Shown here: in pieces, positions 48,159 to 60,125 of the stretch
Layout of the letters: each line of letters starts with the position of its first letter
Position numbering within the stretch: position 1 is the first letter of the stretch
Assembly: GCA_030704615.1 (NCBI GenBank)
Contig: CM060731.1
Coordinates: 83,886,001-83,950,000 of the forward strand
From: Takakia lepidozioides
Taxonomy: Eukaryota > Plantae > Bryophyta
Direction: 5' to 3'
DNA length: 64,000 nt
Made by a program: the position numbers and the translations under genes
Notes under the pieces: model-generated
The model's input: the letters and a program-made list of their open reading frames with translations, nothing else
The model's database searches: none
Told to the model about the DNA's origin: nothing

Positions 48159-50510
48159 TTAGTGAGGAATTGCAGCGTTTGCTTCAACTTCTTCCAGCCA
48201 CCGCACTGCTGCCTCTTCCATCCGGGAGCTGCTGTCATTGAGCGTACTCCGGTAATCTTTTGCAAGGATGTCGTGCCGCCGCAAATCTTTGGCTTCGAAG
48301 GGAGCCTTCACATTCCGTTGAAGCCCTTCTAGATGGGATCCCCAGATGGATGTGTCCTCCTCGTAGGCAAAGAGGTGCCGGTCGGAAAATCGCCCAGCCC
48401 ACATTGAGGCACCTGTTACAATGCCATCCACTCATTCGAAAAATGGCCCTTCACACATGGCGAATTTGAACAGAATGAGAATTCACAGAACAACATAGTA
48501 CAAGAATATGCGTACCTACTCCACAGATGAGGTCCAGCACTCTGCCCTCCAGGTCAGTGCATGCCTCCATAATTGTCTGGATGAAGGCAGGGCTCCGAGT
48601 CCGTGAATACCGCAGGGGTTCCGTTGAAGTGAGACTATGGGGGAGGAGTTCCGTGGGAACGTTGTTGAACAGGACGTCGTAATCGATGGGGTCGCAGTTC
48701 GGGTCAACCAACAATCCCTCCTTCCGGAAAGCAAAGGTCGAGTTCTCCTTCACAAAGTAGTATGCATCAAACTGCTTCGTCTGCATACACAGTGGGGAAC
48801 GATTAGAAATTGAATGCGGCACCGCATTTCAAAACAGGTTACAAAATGAAAGGACGATTGCTAATGTCCTAATTACCTTCTTCCCTTCCGACCGAAGGCC
48901 CAATGTGTTGATGCACGTCCACTTCTTCTTCAGAATTGGGATGGCGCTCTTGCGGGTCCACTTCGCAATTCCTGTCTCCGTGTTTTTGCCTCTGCTCGCC
49001 AGGACAACCACACAGCCTCTGTCGTCCAACACCATGCGGGCGAGCCCGAATCCTTTTTTCCAAAAGTCCTCGGAGTACCTGTTCCAAGATGACAAACCTT
49101 GCAGTCCTCCACAGGCTCTCCATCCGGAATATCCAAGATGATCATATCGCAAGACCACTCGGTGGCTTTTCCGCCCCTCCTGCAATCCTTCCCTGCACAC
49201 ACCTTCTCAAAGAAGGAGACCATCTTCAGAAACCCAAGGGTGTCGGAAGGCTCTGCTTCAGCCGCCTTCTTCAGCGCTCTGCCCTTCAGACCCTCCATGG
49301 TCTTGATGTACGCCAACTTGGCTGCCCGTCCGTCCAAAGCCGCCAAGAAACTCTCATTGACACACTGAACTACTGTTTCTGGCTCCACTTTCGGCCTCTT
49401 CATTTCCACCGGCTCGAAAAGGTGCCCCCCCCGGGGGGTTGAAGAGTGCCTTCTTAGCTGAGCCTGTTCTCGTCCCTCTCGTGACAACGGTGGGCATAGG
49501 GGATTTCGGCTGCGTTTCGGGGGGTGGGCTGGTTGCAAAGTCTCCATCGTCGTCCTCTTCATCACCCTCTTCATGCTCTTTCTGTTTCTGCTTCTTCGTC
49601 TTCTTGGGTGTCACAACTGCTGCTCCTTGCTGGCGAGTCCTCTTCTTCGACCCCTTCTATTGAGCCTGCACAGCTACATCCACCGTCTTCTGTGCCATCT
49701 CAGTTGTCTTTCTGGATTGTTCCAGAGCAACAACGTCCTTTGCCGACTCAGGCCCAGCAGGGACACGTCTTTCCTTTCTCTTCTCCTCCGCTTTCGCGTG
49801 CAGATCTTTCTCCGATTCGTCAACAAGTCCGCCAAACATGTCCAGGTACCACGGGCATCCAACGAGATGCGCGGCATGCCATTGTTTCTGCATCTCTGGT
49901 AGGTAGACACAGCTTGGTCCCGACACGGTCCAAGCCATGAAAAACGGGGGCTCTTGCGCCAGGGCCCCTGTCTTAAGTAGCACGTATTTCATATACCTGC
50001 AAGACGGTCAACATGCGTGAGCACAAGTTATGAGAATGTACTCGCAGAGTGCAACCGAAACGATAATGTGCGAATGCGGTGCCGCATTTCCCAGACAAAC
50101 CTCATAACCTAGCTTTTGCATACAACGGAAGCTGGGCTTCACCTGTACATAATTCGCATTGCAACTTTTCCCGCCCCCTCCTGGTGTGTAAACTCCATGC
50201 TCCTTCTTGCTGTCTGCAACTCCTTGGCGAACAGGTTGTCCTTGTACGCACATCTGAAACGTGTCACGTAGTCTTCCAATGTCTGTGTTCCATCCCATTT
50301 GACGTACAAGCCAAACGAATCACTATGCATTACGACTTGCTCCTTCGCATTCGTCATTACCTGCGTTTGTCACGTAGGAGTTCACGGAATTCATTCCAGC
50401 AAAGCAAATCGGGGGAAGTACCTTGAATTACCTGGAACCACCAAGTCATTCTCTCATTTGCACTCCAAAGTTGAGTTATCTTCAACTTCATGCACTCTTC
50501 ATAGAGAGTT
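48159..50510 (-). pseudogene. Spliced gene with a C-terminal beta-class N6-adenine/N4-cytosine DNA methyltransferase-like domain; exons ~50510-50432, 50360-50143, 49996-48877, 48780-48516, 48412-48159
   Basis: Four phase-consistent GT-AG introns. Motif order is IILDIPDG (IV-like)...WN...ARMVLDDRGCVVV...RSPAFIQTIMEACT..GRVLDLICGV|GASMWAG..DRHLFAYEED (X-I-II). One stop at 49657 and two frameshifts. Confidence 0.75.
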
Positions 50511-51164
50511 CTGCAAAAGTGACCCTAGAAAACACACTTTCTTTTTTTCCTTTTTTTTTGGTCCAATTTTTTGCATAGATGTAGTGGTGCAAAGCCCAAT
50601 ATCATAGAACAAAATAGAGCCAAAAATAAAATCATTATGCCCCTCAAAACACCTCCGGCATTACATCCTCAACCACCTCCACTTTCATCTCCTCCGCCAG
50701 CAGTACCACCTCCACCTCCACCTCCACCTCCACGTGCATGTGCATGTGCCCCCCGAACCCCTAGGAGGGTCGGCTTCGCCCTAGGTTTCTTCCCCTTCGG
50801 CTTGGGCGGCCTGAGCCGGATCCTCGCCCCTGATGGGAAGCGCATAGGACTATGTTACTGAGGACCGTCCAGCCTCGTTGTTGGGGGAATCATCTCGACC
50901 CTCCTACCCCATCCGAGAGAATGTGGAGTTCAAGTATTGGGGGAGACGTACCCTTTGGTGCTTAGCCCCGAGCAAACAGTTAGTCATGTACTACACATCC
51001 CGCCACATTAGCGAAGACCAAAAGTTGTCATGTGCATGGCCCATAATGCCATCTACCCCACTACAGTGCACAAGACTGTCGCTGCTACTTCAATCAATCC
51101 CAATCCTCATCGATATTATCCGACATTGACAAGTGAATGTACGCGGGTTGTTCATGGGGAACAT

Positions 51165-52380
51165 AATATACCTGGATAATCATGCATTGTCCAAAGCAAG
51201 ATGCCTCTCATCTGAAAAGATTGTCCGGCCAGAGGGTCAAGTGAAGCATCCAATGCCGCGACCCCCCTCCATAGCTCCTTAAGTTCATCAACAAGAGGTC
51301 GCAAGTACGTGTCTATGTTTGCCACTTGTTTTTTTCCTATGAGATATTCACATCATTGTTTCAATGCTCCACCAATATGCAAATTATACTACAAAATGAA
51401 TTACAAATCTTACTCTATGATTATGTCATTAATCAATCTTGCATCCGAATTGCGGCAGAGATCAGAAGTTTAATATAAAGTCCAAGGCAACAATAAACAT
51501 GAAATGAGAATACTCACCTGGCACAATGGCAGCCAACATGATATGGCCCCTAATTGAAAGATACGGAGGGATGTTGTAATTCACCATGGTCACCGGCCAA
51601 GTGGAATGACTACATGACTGGACAGAGAATGGGTTGACTCCATCCGAGGAGAAGCCGAGGTGGACATGTCGTGGGTCCTCAAGAGAAAATGCCACATCTC
51701 TTCAATATGCCTCCATGTTTGTGAATCTTGTGGCCCGCACACCTTTCCCGGGGGGCTCCGATGCGAGGCGTGCCAACTCATGAGTCTGGCCAATTCGGGG
51801 CTTTGGTATTGTGCCCTCAATCGCGGGATGATCGGAAAGTAATGCATTTTCTAGGATGAAATACCCCACGTCCCCCACATGTAATCATCCCATTAGCACA
51901 CATAATACAACACCCGTATGTCTTTCCCTTTATGCAGCCTCTCCCTTATTTGGGCATGAATGGTCAAAACCGAACGTCGCTCCTTCCACTCCTCACTCAC
52001 TCCTTCCAAAATCACAATCAGATCTTGCATGAGTACTACTCTCTAAACCCTAAACTTTGTGGAATACACTTTACATGCATTGAGAAGATTAAAGAACGTA
52101 ATTTCTATGCGAGGGGGAATGACGCTTATACCTTGCGTGGTACTTTTTTCCCTTAGACATCATCCCGATATCGGTCTTTCTTGCACTTTGGGCACTTGGT
52201 GAGACGCGAATCCTCTCCGTAGTATAGGGTTTTATCACATGGACGTGCATGAAAAATCTTATAGCCCATCCCCACAGAGTCCAAGACTTCGCGCGTCTCT
52301 TTCCGCGACCGTGGCATCTTGGGTTTCAAGTGTGGAGCAAAGATATAGTCCACAATAGTTTGCATTATGGCAGACATCCC
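51165..52380 (-). pseudogene. CACTA/En-Spm TnpD transposase (Transposase_21-like), intron-containing, 3'-truncated
   Basis: HARPCD..LY...CPKC...RY; YFPIIPRL; LGFSSDGVNPF...HSTWPV..VNYNIPP; IDTYLRPLVDELKELW; LLWTMHDYPG. Confidence 0.9.
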
Positions 52381-52834
52381 AACATTACTTATGCCAAATC
52401 AAACAAAATCATTTGCCCCTGCAAGGACGCGTTCACCCTATCAAACAATTTTTGTTTATTAATGTAAAAGAAAATCCTCTCATGCCATTGCACCCATCAA
52501 AAAAGCTTCATTTTTTCCTACATGTGCTTAAATATGTGTGCAACACCTGTAAAAAGATCCAGCAGAAGAAAAAAAAAAAAAAAAAAAAAAAAACATTTGC
52601 CTCCCCAACGACGCACTCACCCTTGCATCAATTTTGAATTGAATCGAATTTAAATGAATTAAAAATAAATATTTGCATTTAGAAAATATATGATAAGAGA
52701 GAGTCGTGGTGAGCCGGGGAGAGACGCCCTGTAGCGGCGGGGACCCGCGCCGTTGGCAACCGCGACAGCACCGCAGCAGCTCGCTTGAAGCACCAGCAAT
52801 AGCAGCAGCCGCAACAATAGAGGTAGATCAGGGT

Positions 52835-52919
52835 GGGGAGATGGTCTATGGTCTGTCTTGTCATGTGGGATCAAGGGAAAGATGTCGAGAGTTGTCCATA
52901 ACTTGTATGTCACATCAAA

Positions 52920-52958
<39 letters not shown>

Positions 52959-52963
52959 GAAAC

Positions 52964-53004
<41 letters not shown>

Positions 53005-55132
53005 TGGGGGGAGTTACTGAGGAGAAGGGGCTGGGCTTTTGGCTTAGCCTCGAGACTTTCAAAGTTGGTAAACAAAGGTACATGTACAATTCCCTTGATA
53101 GATTTGAAGAGAGCGTCTCTCTGGTGAGAGAACCCCGGACATCAGAAAATGAATACTGTCTTCAGGTTGCCCACACAACGGGAAATTGCACTTCTGTTTA
53201 CTGTTCAAAGATAGGCTTCCTGCCCTGAGTTTAAATTTCAGTCTGGTGCCAAGAGTGGGATAGACCCTTGAGCACATCCATGATGTCCTCCCCCATGTCA
53301 CAGACTGAAAACAGGTTCAGGGAAGTTTTCTTCCTAACTTCATTTTCATCGGACAATTTTTTGGTAACAGACATGGCTTTGGACACTACACTCTCTAAGT
53401 CAGATTTATCCAGCAAGGTCAAGACTTGCGGGTCCAGATTCAGATCCTTGAGAATCTCTTCTACTCTCTTCTGCCAGGGCTTAGCTTATTTGACAGTGCG
53501 GTCATGTTTCCAAGATATAGAGTCGATTAACTTAGGATATCTGGTGTTGGACATATGCTGCAACTGAACCCACCATCTGACCTTGAATTTATCTCGTCGG
53601 GAGCTTAAAAGAAAGCAGCACAGAAGAGAGGGAGAGAGAGGGAGAGAGAGAGACAGAGAGAGGGAGTGAGAGGGAGACATCAGGGGGCAACAAAGAAAAG
53701 AAAAGAAGGTGGGGGGTGACTGAGCAGCTGTTTTTTTTTTCTTTGTTGCCCCCTCTCTTGGGTAAACAAAAGGGACAGATCCTACCTCTGTCAGGGGCTG
53801 ACGTTGGTAGTAAGATTTACCTTCATATATAGAATTAATCCGGGTTTTCCAGATATCCTCTAAAAATCCCTTCATACAAGCATCAGTCTGCTGTGTGTGA
53901 TTTGCCCAAAAACTAGGCCTCAGAAAGGGCTGGGCTTTTGGCTCAGCCTCGAGACTTTCAAAGTTGGTAAACAGAGGTACATGCACGATTCCCTTGATAG
54001 ATTTGAAGAGAGCGTCTCTTTGGTCAGAGAACCCCGGACAGTGTATCAGAAAATGAATAATGTCTTCAGGTTGCCCACACAACGGGCAATTGCACTCTCC
54101 CTTTCCTCTCTGCTTCTGTTTGTTTATCAAAGGTAGGCTTCCTGCCCTGAGTTTAAATTTCAGTCTAGTGCCGAGATTGGATAGAACAGTTCTGCAAGTC
54201 CCCAGTCTTCTGCATCCGCTTCACGAGGCTAACCCCACTGCCCTCCCCAACAGTAGACATTTTGAAAAGAAAAACTTTGATGGCACCTTGACTTGGGAAT
54301 ACATTGTCCTGGATGTAATCGTACTTGCTCACTCGTTTCAACTCCAAAATGTTGTCTATGTAGCCTCTGATACCAGAGCCCATTCTTAATGCATTGATCT
54401 GATGCCGAATGTTAGGTGAACTCAAGTGGAGAAATGATCCATGACTAGGTCCAATGTTGCACCGTCAAGTTTAGTCCCCACAGAATCCCCTTCACTCAAA
54501 ATATGGCTTTCCAAGAAGGACTTGCTTGCGCCAAGAGCAATTGCAGATGTTGTTGCGGATGGGTTTCTCCCGAACTCCTGTTTAATCAACCTCGATACTG
54601 TCTCAACACTCTCCCTGTAATCCCCCTTCGAGACATGATGGTTATGGAATCCGAAATGCACACAAGCTCTTGTCATTGTTTTCAAACGGTGGACAACATA
54701 GTACATTCTTGCTCCGCAGAGCGCCAAGCAGGATGGCACAAGTTTGCAGAATTTGCAGACGAAAGTGTTTGCCGGTGGTGGGCCCTTGAGGTCATCCAAG
54801 ATGTCCTCCCCCATGTCATAGACTGGAAACAAGTTCAGGGAAGTTTTTTGCCTAACTTCATTTTCATCAGACAATCTCATGGCAACAGACATGGTTGGAC
54901 ACTACAACCTCTAAGTCAGATTTATCCAGCAGGGTGAAGACTTGCGGTTCCAGGTCCAGGTCCTTGAGAATCTCTTCTACTGTCTTCTGTCAGGACTTAG
55001 CGTGTTTGCCAGGGCGGTGGGCGGTCATGTTTCCAAGATATAGAGTCGATTAACTTAGGATATCTGGTGTTGGACATATGCTACAGTTGACCCCACCATC
55101 TGACCTTAAACTCATCTCGTCAGGAGCTTAAA
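52835..55132. mobile_element. Patchwork of intron-1-family LINE fragments (52835-52920 +; 53025-53607 -; 53762-54187 -; 54782-55132 -)
   Basis: Similarity to 2700-3470 and 4165-4250; peptides CPLCGQPED.IHFL and TLLDKSDLE recur. Confidence 0.85.
54188..54781 (-). pseudogene. Internal fragment of a second MULE-like transposase embedded in a LINE fragment
   Basis: CKFC...C...CGARMYYV....RACVHFGFHNH and SPNIRHQI...YIDNILELKR..YDYIQDNVFP are paralogous to 46190-46700. Confidence 0.8.
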
Positions 55133-55140
55133 AGAGAGGG

Positions 55141-55316
55141 AGTATAAAGAAATTGCCAAGTACCCGATATTGTTACTGGCAGTCATCCAAAATCTTCTTT
55201 GTTTGTCCAGTCATTAGGAAGGTTATGTCTCGAGACAGGTTTGAGGCCATCCTAGACGATTTGTCTTTGGTGGTTGATCGGACGAGTCTCTCTATGACAA
55301 GGTGGGGAAGGTGCGA
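55141..55316 (+). pseudogene. piggyBac-like transposase fragment
   Basis: Hand translation gives SIKKLPSTRYCYWQSSKIFFVCPVIRKVMSRDRFEAIL and then, frameshifted, LYDKVGKVR, matching the piggyBac pattern YW...MSR.RF..I...DKL.KVR. Confidence 0.7.
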
Positions 55317-55497
55317 GAGGGAGTGAGAGGGAGAGATCAGGAATAAATAAATAAAAGTGTGGGGGGGGGGGGGGGGGGGAGTGACTAAGCAGCTGTTGCT
55401 CAGCAGCTGCAGCTGCTCGGTCCCCCCCCCCCCCCCCCCCCCCCCACTTTTTTTTCTCTTTGTTGCCCCCTCTCTCCCTCTGTCTCCCTCTCTCCTG
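55315..55497. repeat. J2 palindrome
   Basis: polyG-agtgactaagcagctg...cagctgctcggt-polyC with GA/CT arms. Confidence 0.85.
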
Positions 55498-57875
55498 GGA
55501 ACCGGCAGGTTGTTATCAGTGTTGATTTCCTATTTTTTCATCCATACCGGATGAAGTTTTGACAAAGTTTCATCCATCCTCTATCGGTTTTTCATCCATA
55601 CCGGATGAGCCACTAGGATGGACACTGAATTACCTTTAGGATGATTTTTTGGTTTTTTCATTCCTCTTTTATTGACTCTCATCCATACCGGATGAGTCAC
55701 CAAGGAATGAAAAATTACCTCTATGAGGGTTGCCAACAACATCTTGTTTTTCATCCATACCGGATGAAAAACTACCAGGATAATAATTTTTCATTCATCT
55801 TTCATTGGCTCTTTTTCATCCATACCGGGTGGTCTGGTGAGGAATGATGAATTACCTAGGTGGAGGTAAACCGCTGCCACGGATGATATTCCCTACTTTT
55901 CATCCTGACAAATGATTTGTTTATGGATGACGAGTACAAATGATTATGGCCTGGAATTGATCTTAACTACCCCTAATTATGATTAATTACGGTGTGAAAC
56001 CCTACCCAAAAACCTATTTTTAATTCTGCTACGGATGAAATCCGACAAGGTAGAAGGATGTTTTTACTATTTTTCATCCTTCACGGATGAAAAATCGGGC
56101 CAAAAAAACCCTATGCTGTCTCTCCCGCTGTCAGAAGCACGAGATGTGCTTCTGAGCTCGCGGGGAGAGTGTTATGGCAGACGTGCTTTGATGACCGCCC
56201 CGTTTGTGGTGTCGTACCCGTGTTGGGCGAGCGCCTGGGGATGCGCAAAGGCGGCGTCTTGTCTCTCTAGCAGCGGGAAACGCTGCTGTGAATGCAGTGG
56301 CATCTTCCCTCCTCTGGGTTTTAATTTTAGCAGTGGCATTTGTGCTGGGAATTCTCTCTCCCTCCCTTCTATTGCCTTGAGAGTTTGTCTGCTTTGCTTC
56401 ATTGCTCATGTGCTTTGTGGAGGTGACTTACTGCGGGTGGTGATGGCACATAACCCTCTTCCCCAATCGCTTAAGGTGCCTTTGGAGTTTAGGGATCCTT
56501 GTGTTCTTATCTTCTTCTCTTGCTTTTGAGATTCTTAGTTGACATCGATGACAAGTGTGAGGGTCTGTGATTCACCTGGGGTTCCACAATCCTCACTAAT
56601 CCGTTGATTTTTGTGGGGGCTTGTGATGGGACCAGGTGAGGATCCTCACTTACTTTGAAATTTCTTGAGCATGCAATTGGGGATATGGGCTGAGGAGACC
56701 TGTAAGTTATGGCGCCTTGAAGTGGCTGCTGCCTGCAGCCCCGAATTCAACCCGACTGCTCCTGGTTTGGCATGCTACAGCCTATGTTTTGGCTTTTGTT
56801 GTTCTGTCATCGATGGGGCAGCTCGACCTGTCTGGCCTGTCTCCTGAGGCCTGCATACAGACCATATCCTATCTTTTGATCCTTGACAGCAGGGCCTGTG
56901 GATTAATGAGCTAGGTTGTAATTTCTTTGGGCCATAGAGGATCTGGTTTTATGGGGGCTGCCTCGGCGGGTTTGGGACTCTATGGATGTGGTGGCCTTGA
57001 ATGTTATGGCGGCAGCCTGATAAGGCACCGACCTGCTCCTTTTTGGGCCTGTTTCTGGTGTGTAATGGACCATAGTGAGGTGTTCTTTGCAAGCTTTAGC
57101 ATGGACCTCTTGAAGGATGACGATGGTAAGCTGTAATGGAATCCTACCTATAGTTTTGGCCCTGTCATGACACCAGGTCTATGACCTGCAATCTGAGTTT
57201 TTTATATGCCAAAGAGGCTGGATCTCGGTTGTTCAAGTTGCTTGTGTGTACAAGTCTGCAATTTGACAGGCTGAATTCACATTCCCTTGACACCTTGTAT
57301 GATTACATGTCTCGGGGTGAGTACAAATGGTATGAAATCTATTTCATCATGCCCAAGTAGGATTGCTTGGAGGCATGTTTTGATTCTGAAAAATTGCAGG
57401 CTGGTCCTTATGCCTTGGCTGATGCATGACCTGCTGTAATTAAAGGCTGATAAGGTAAGATGCTGCAACCTGTGTGTCATGTCCAAGATGTATGTTTGAA
57501 AACGTGTCTTGAAATGGTAATAGGGCAGGCTGGACCATGGTACCTTGCCCTTTGCATGACCTCAACACTTTGTGCTCCTTCAATACATGACCTGCTGGTA
57601 AGGTATGTGAGCAGCCTGAACCAAAATGCCTTGCAGCTTGCATATAGGTAGCAATATCTTATCTTGTCCCACACAAGAACAAACACCGCCCTCCCACCCT
57701 GTTTTGTCTTGGATGATTGGGTGGTGTCATTTGGGATGATTTGACAAGAATGGAAGTGTGAGATAGTGCCCTGTCTAGGGCTGTTTATGTCTTTAATTGA
57801 CAATGACCCTTATGGGTCTTCTCCATGTCTTGACATGACGTGAATATCTTCCCACTCTCTCCCTCTCTCTTTTTA
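55498..57875 (+). repeat. R repeat, plus copy 3 (more diverged)
   Basis: Same module order as 34802-37440. Confidence 0.85.
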
Positions 57876-57930
57876 ACTTTTTCTAGGTCCCCCTCTCTCC
57901 CTCTGTGGTTTGTTATTTTTTGTGAGCAGC

Positions 57931-59864
57931 AAAGAGAGGAGAGAGAGAGAAGATATACATGTCATGTCAAGACATGGACAAGACCACTAAGGTCATTGTC
58001 ATTGAAAGACAAAGCAACCCTTTACAGGGCATCATCTAACAACCCCTTTTAACAACTCATTTGAACATCTTATAACTTTTCAGGATATCTGAAAAAACAG
58101 GGTGGGAGGGCAGGATTCCTGGTCATTCATATCCTGAAAGCCCCATAAGTTGACATAAATCTTTCATTTTTTGTTGTTGACACGGGTCAAGCCTTACATA
58201 ATCTAGTTCTTGAGCCATTCATCTTCCTAAAACAACATCCTGTGTAGGTGTGAAACTGATCTGTCAGTGCCAAGACACATGCAAGATTCATAAAGTAGAA
58301 GCGTGGCTGAGTTTTTTCAGGCATATGTAAGCCTGGATAGTTATTCCAGGACTTCAAGATCAAAACTCTGCCATAGTATAAGGTAGGAAGCGCACAACAT
58401 CTACCAGCAAGCAGTTCTTGAAAACCAAAATACTGATGGGGCCAGGTCTGAAGGTGCTTCAGTGCCAAGTCATAAGCCATATTTCTAACAAAACAAAACA
58501 AAGGGCTGAGTACCCTCAAGTAGATATGGGCCTGGAGTGGTATTCCAGGGCCTCATAACAAGCTCTGCTAGTTAAAGAAATGAACTCAGAAACCATTGTC
58601 CCCTATCATGCAATGAAATAGTGGTGATATAAGAGCCTTGAAGAATGTTTGTTATCACAAGGTCTATCTTCTGATCCATCAGAGCCAAGCCATGGTGTTT
58701 CATTTCAGAGCTTAGTTTCCATGCTGCCAGAGCTATAGCCGCAGCCATGTACTTTTGTTGAAAACAGCCAGAGCCTTCAATAGAGACTTTGTTTTCTATG
58801 AAGTCCCTTGTGTGTCTTAACTCCAAAACATATAGAAGTGGTTATCAAGAACCAAAAACAGGGATAAGGAGTAAGAAGGTGATCCTCATTAGAGCAGACT
58901 TGAAGCCGATTTGAGGCAGCAAGATGGCAGATTTGAAACAACAGTTGGTATCAGCAGCTTCAGGCGGTAGCAGCAATCCCTTATGCATGAATCAGACTCT
59001 GCAAGCTTCAATAATTCAAGACAAGTGAAGACCCTCACCTGTGCCCGTCCCAAAAACCACCACATAGAGATGTGTGTTGGTGAGGATGCATCAGGTGAGT
59101 GGCAGGTTTTCACAGTTGCTATCCATGTCAGTGTTGAATTCTAAAGCATGTACAAATCGTAATCCAAGCAAGGGTACACTCAAAAAAAACCTTGAGTGTT
59201 TGTGGTATGCCCTGCACCATGGCGTCCAGTAGATGTCTCCAGAACGTAATCAAAGTAGAAGTGTTCACAGATAGAGAGTAGCTCATACAGAATGAGAGCA
59301 ACATGTAATCTGTGGCTAAGTAGGGGTGGAGTACTTCCCAACGAGGAGTAAGAGCGCCGCTGCGAATTTAACAGAATCATAAATTTCTGAGCAGAGCGAT
59401 CACTGCATTGTCGACTGCCAGAGATGAATCTGTCTATCTGCCAATGCGCATCCCAAAAGCCAGCCATCACGAGTACCATGTAGCCGCAAGGGAGCAGGTT
59501 TACACGGCGCATCATCAAGGATCATAGAAGCACGAGTTCTGTGCTGTGAAATATATCGGCCCGTTTAGGGCACAACTTCCCGATTTCTCATCCAGAGTGG
59601 ATGAAAAATCACATTTTAAAGATATGCACTTTGTTAATGGATGATATCCCATGAAAAGGTATCTTAGGGTTACGGTATAGGCTTAGGTTTAGTAACTGCC
59701 ATCATTTATGATGGTACAAATTACTACCTCTTGGATTTTTAGAATAGGTCACCATTATTCATGTATTTCATCCAGTTTAGATGAAAGAAGCAAATAGTAT
59801 GTATCAAGGCCAAATAAAATCCAAAAAGTTATAGAGGGAGAGGGAGAGAGGGAGAGAGAGGGAC
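57931..59864 (-). repeat. R repeat, minus copy 3 (downstream of Penelope-like copy 2)
   Basis: Homologous to, but clearly diverged from, 37497-39260. Confidence 0.85.
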
Positions 59865-60125
59865 CCACCAGCCAATCCCCTGGCATGGCAAAACCTTACG
59901 GAATGAGTGTGGTATGCACTCACCCCGTAAGGGAGTGCATACCAAACCTCTTCTCATAAGGTTTTCCCTCTTCCATGTAGTTCTATCATCGGATTATATT
60001 ATCCAAGGGAGTAGAATCCTACATCCTCATTTCCTCGGCTCATGAATGAAACATTAGTATAAAAATGTGGCATAGCAAAACTAGTACAGTATTACTAGCA
60101 AAGAACTTAGAGTTCAATGGTATAC

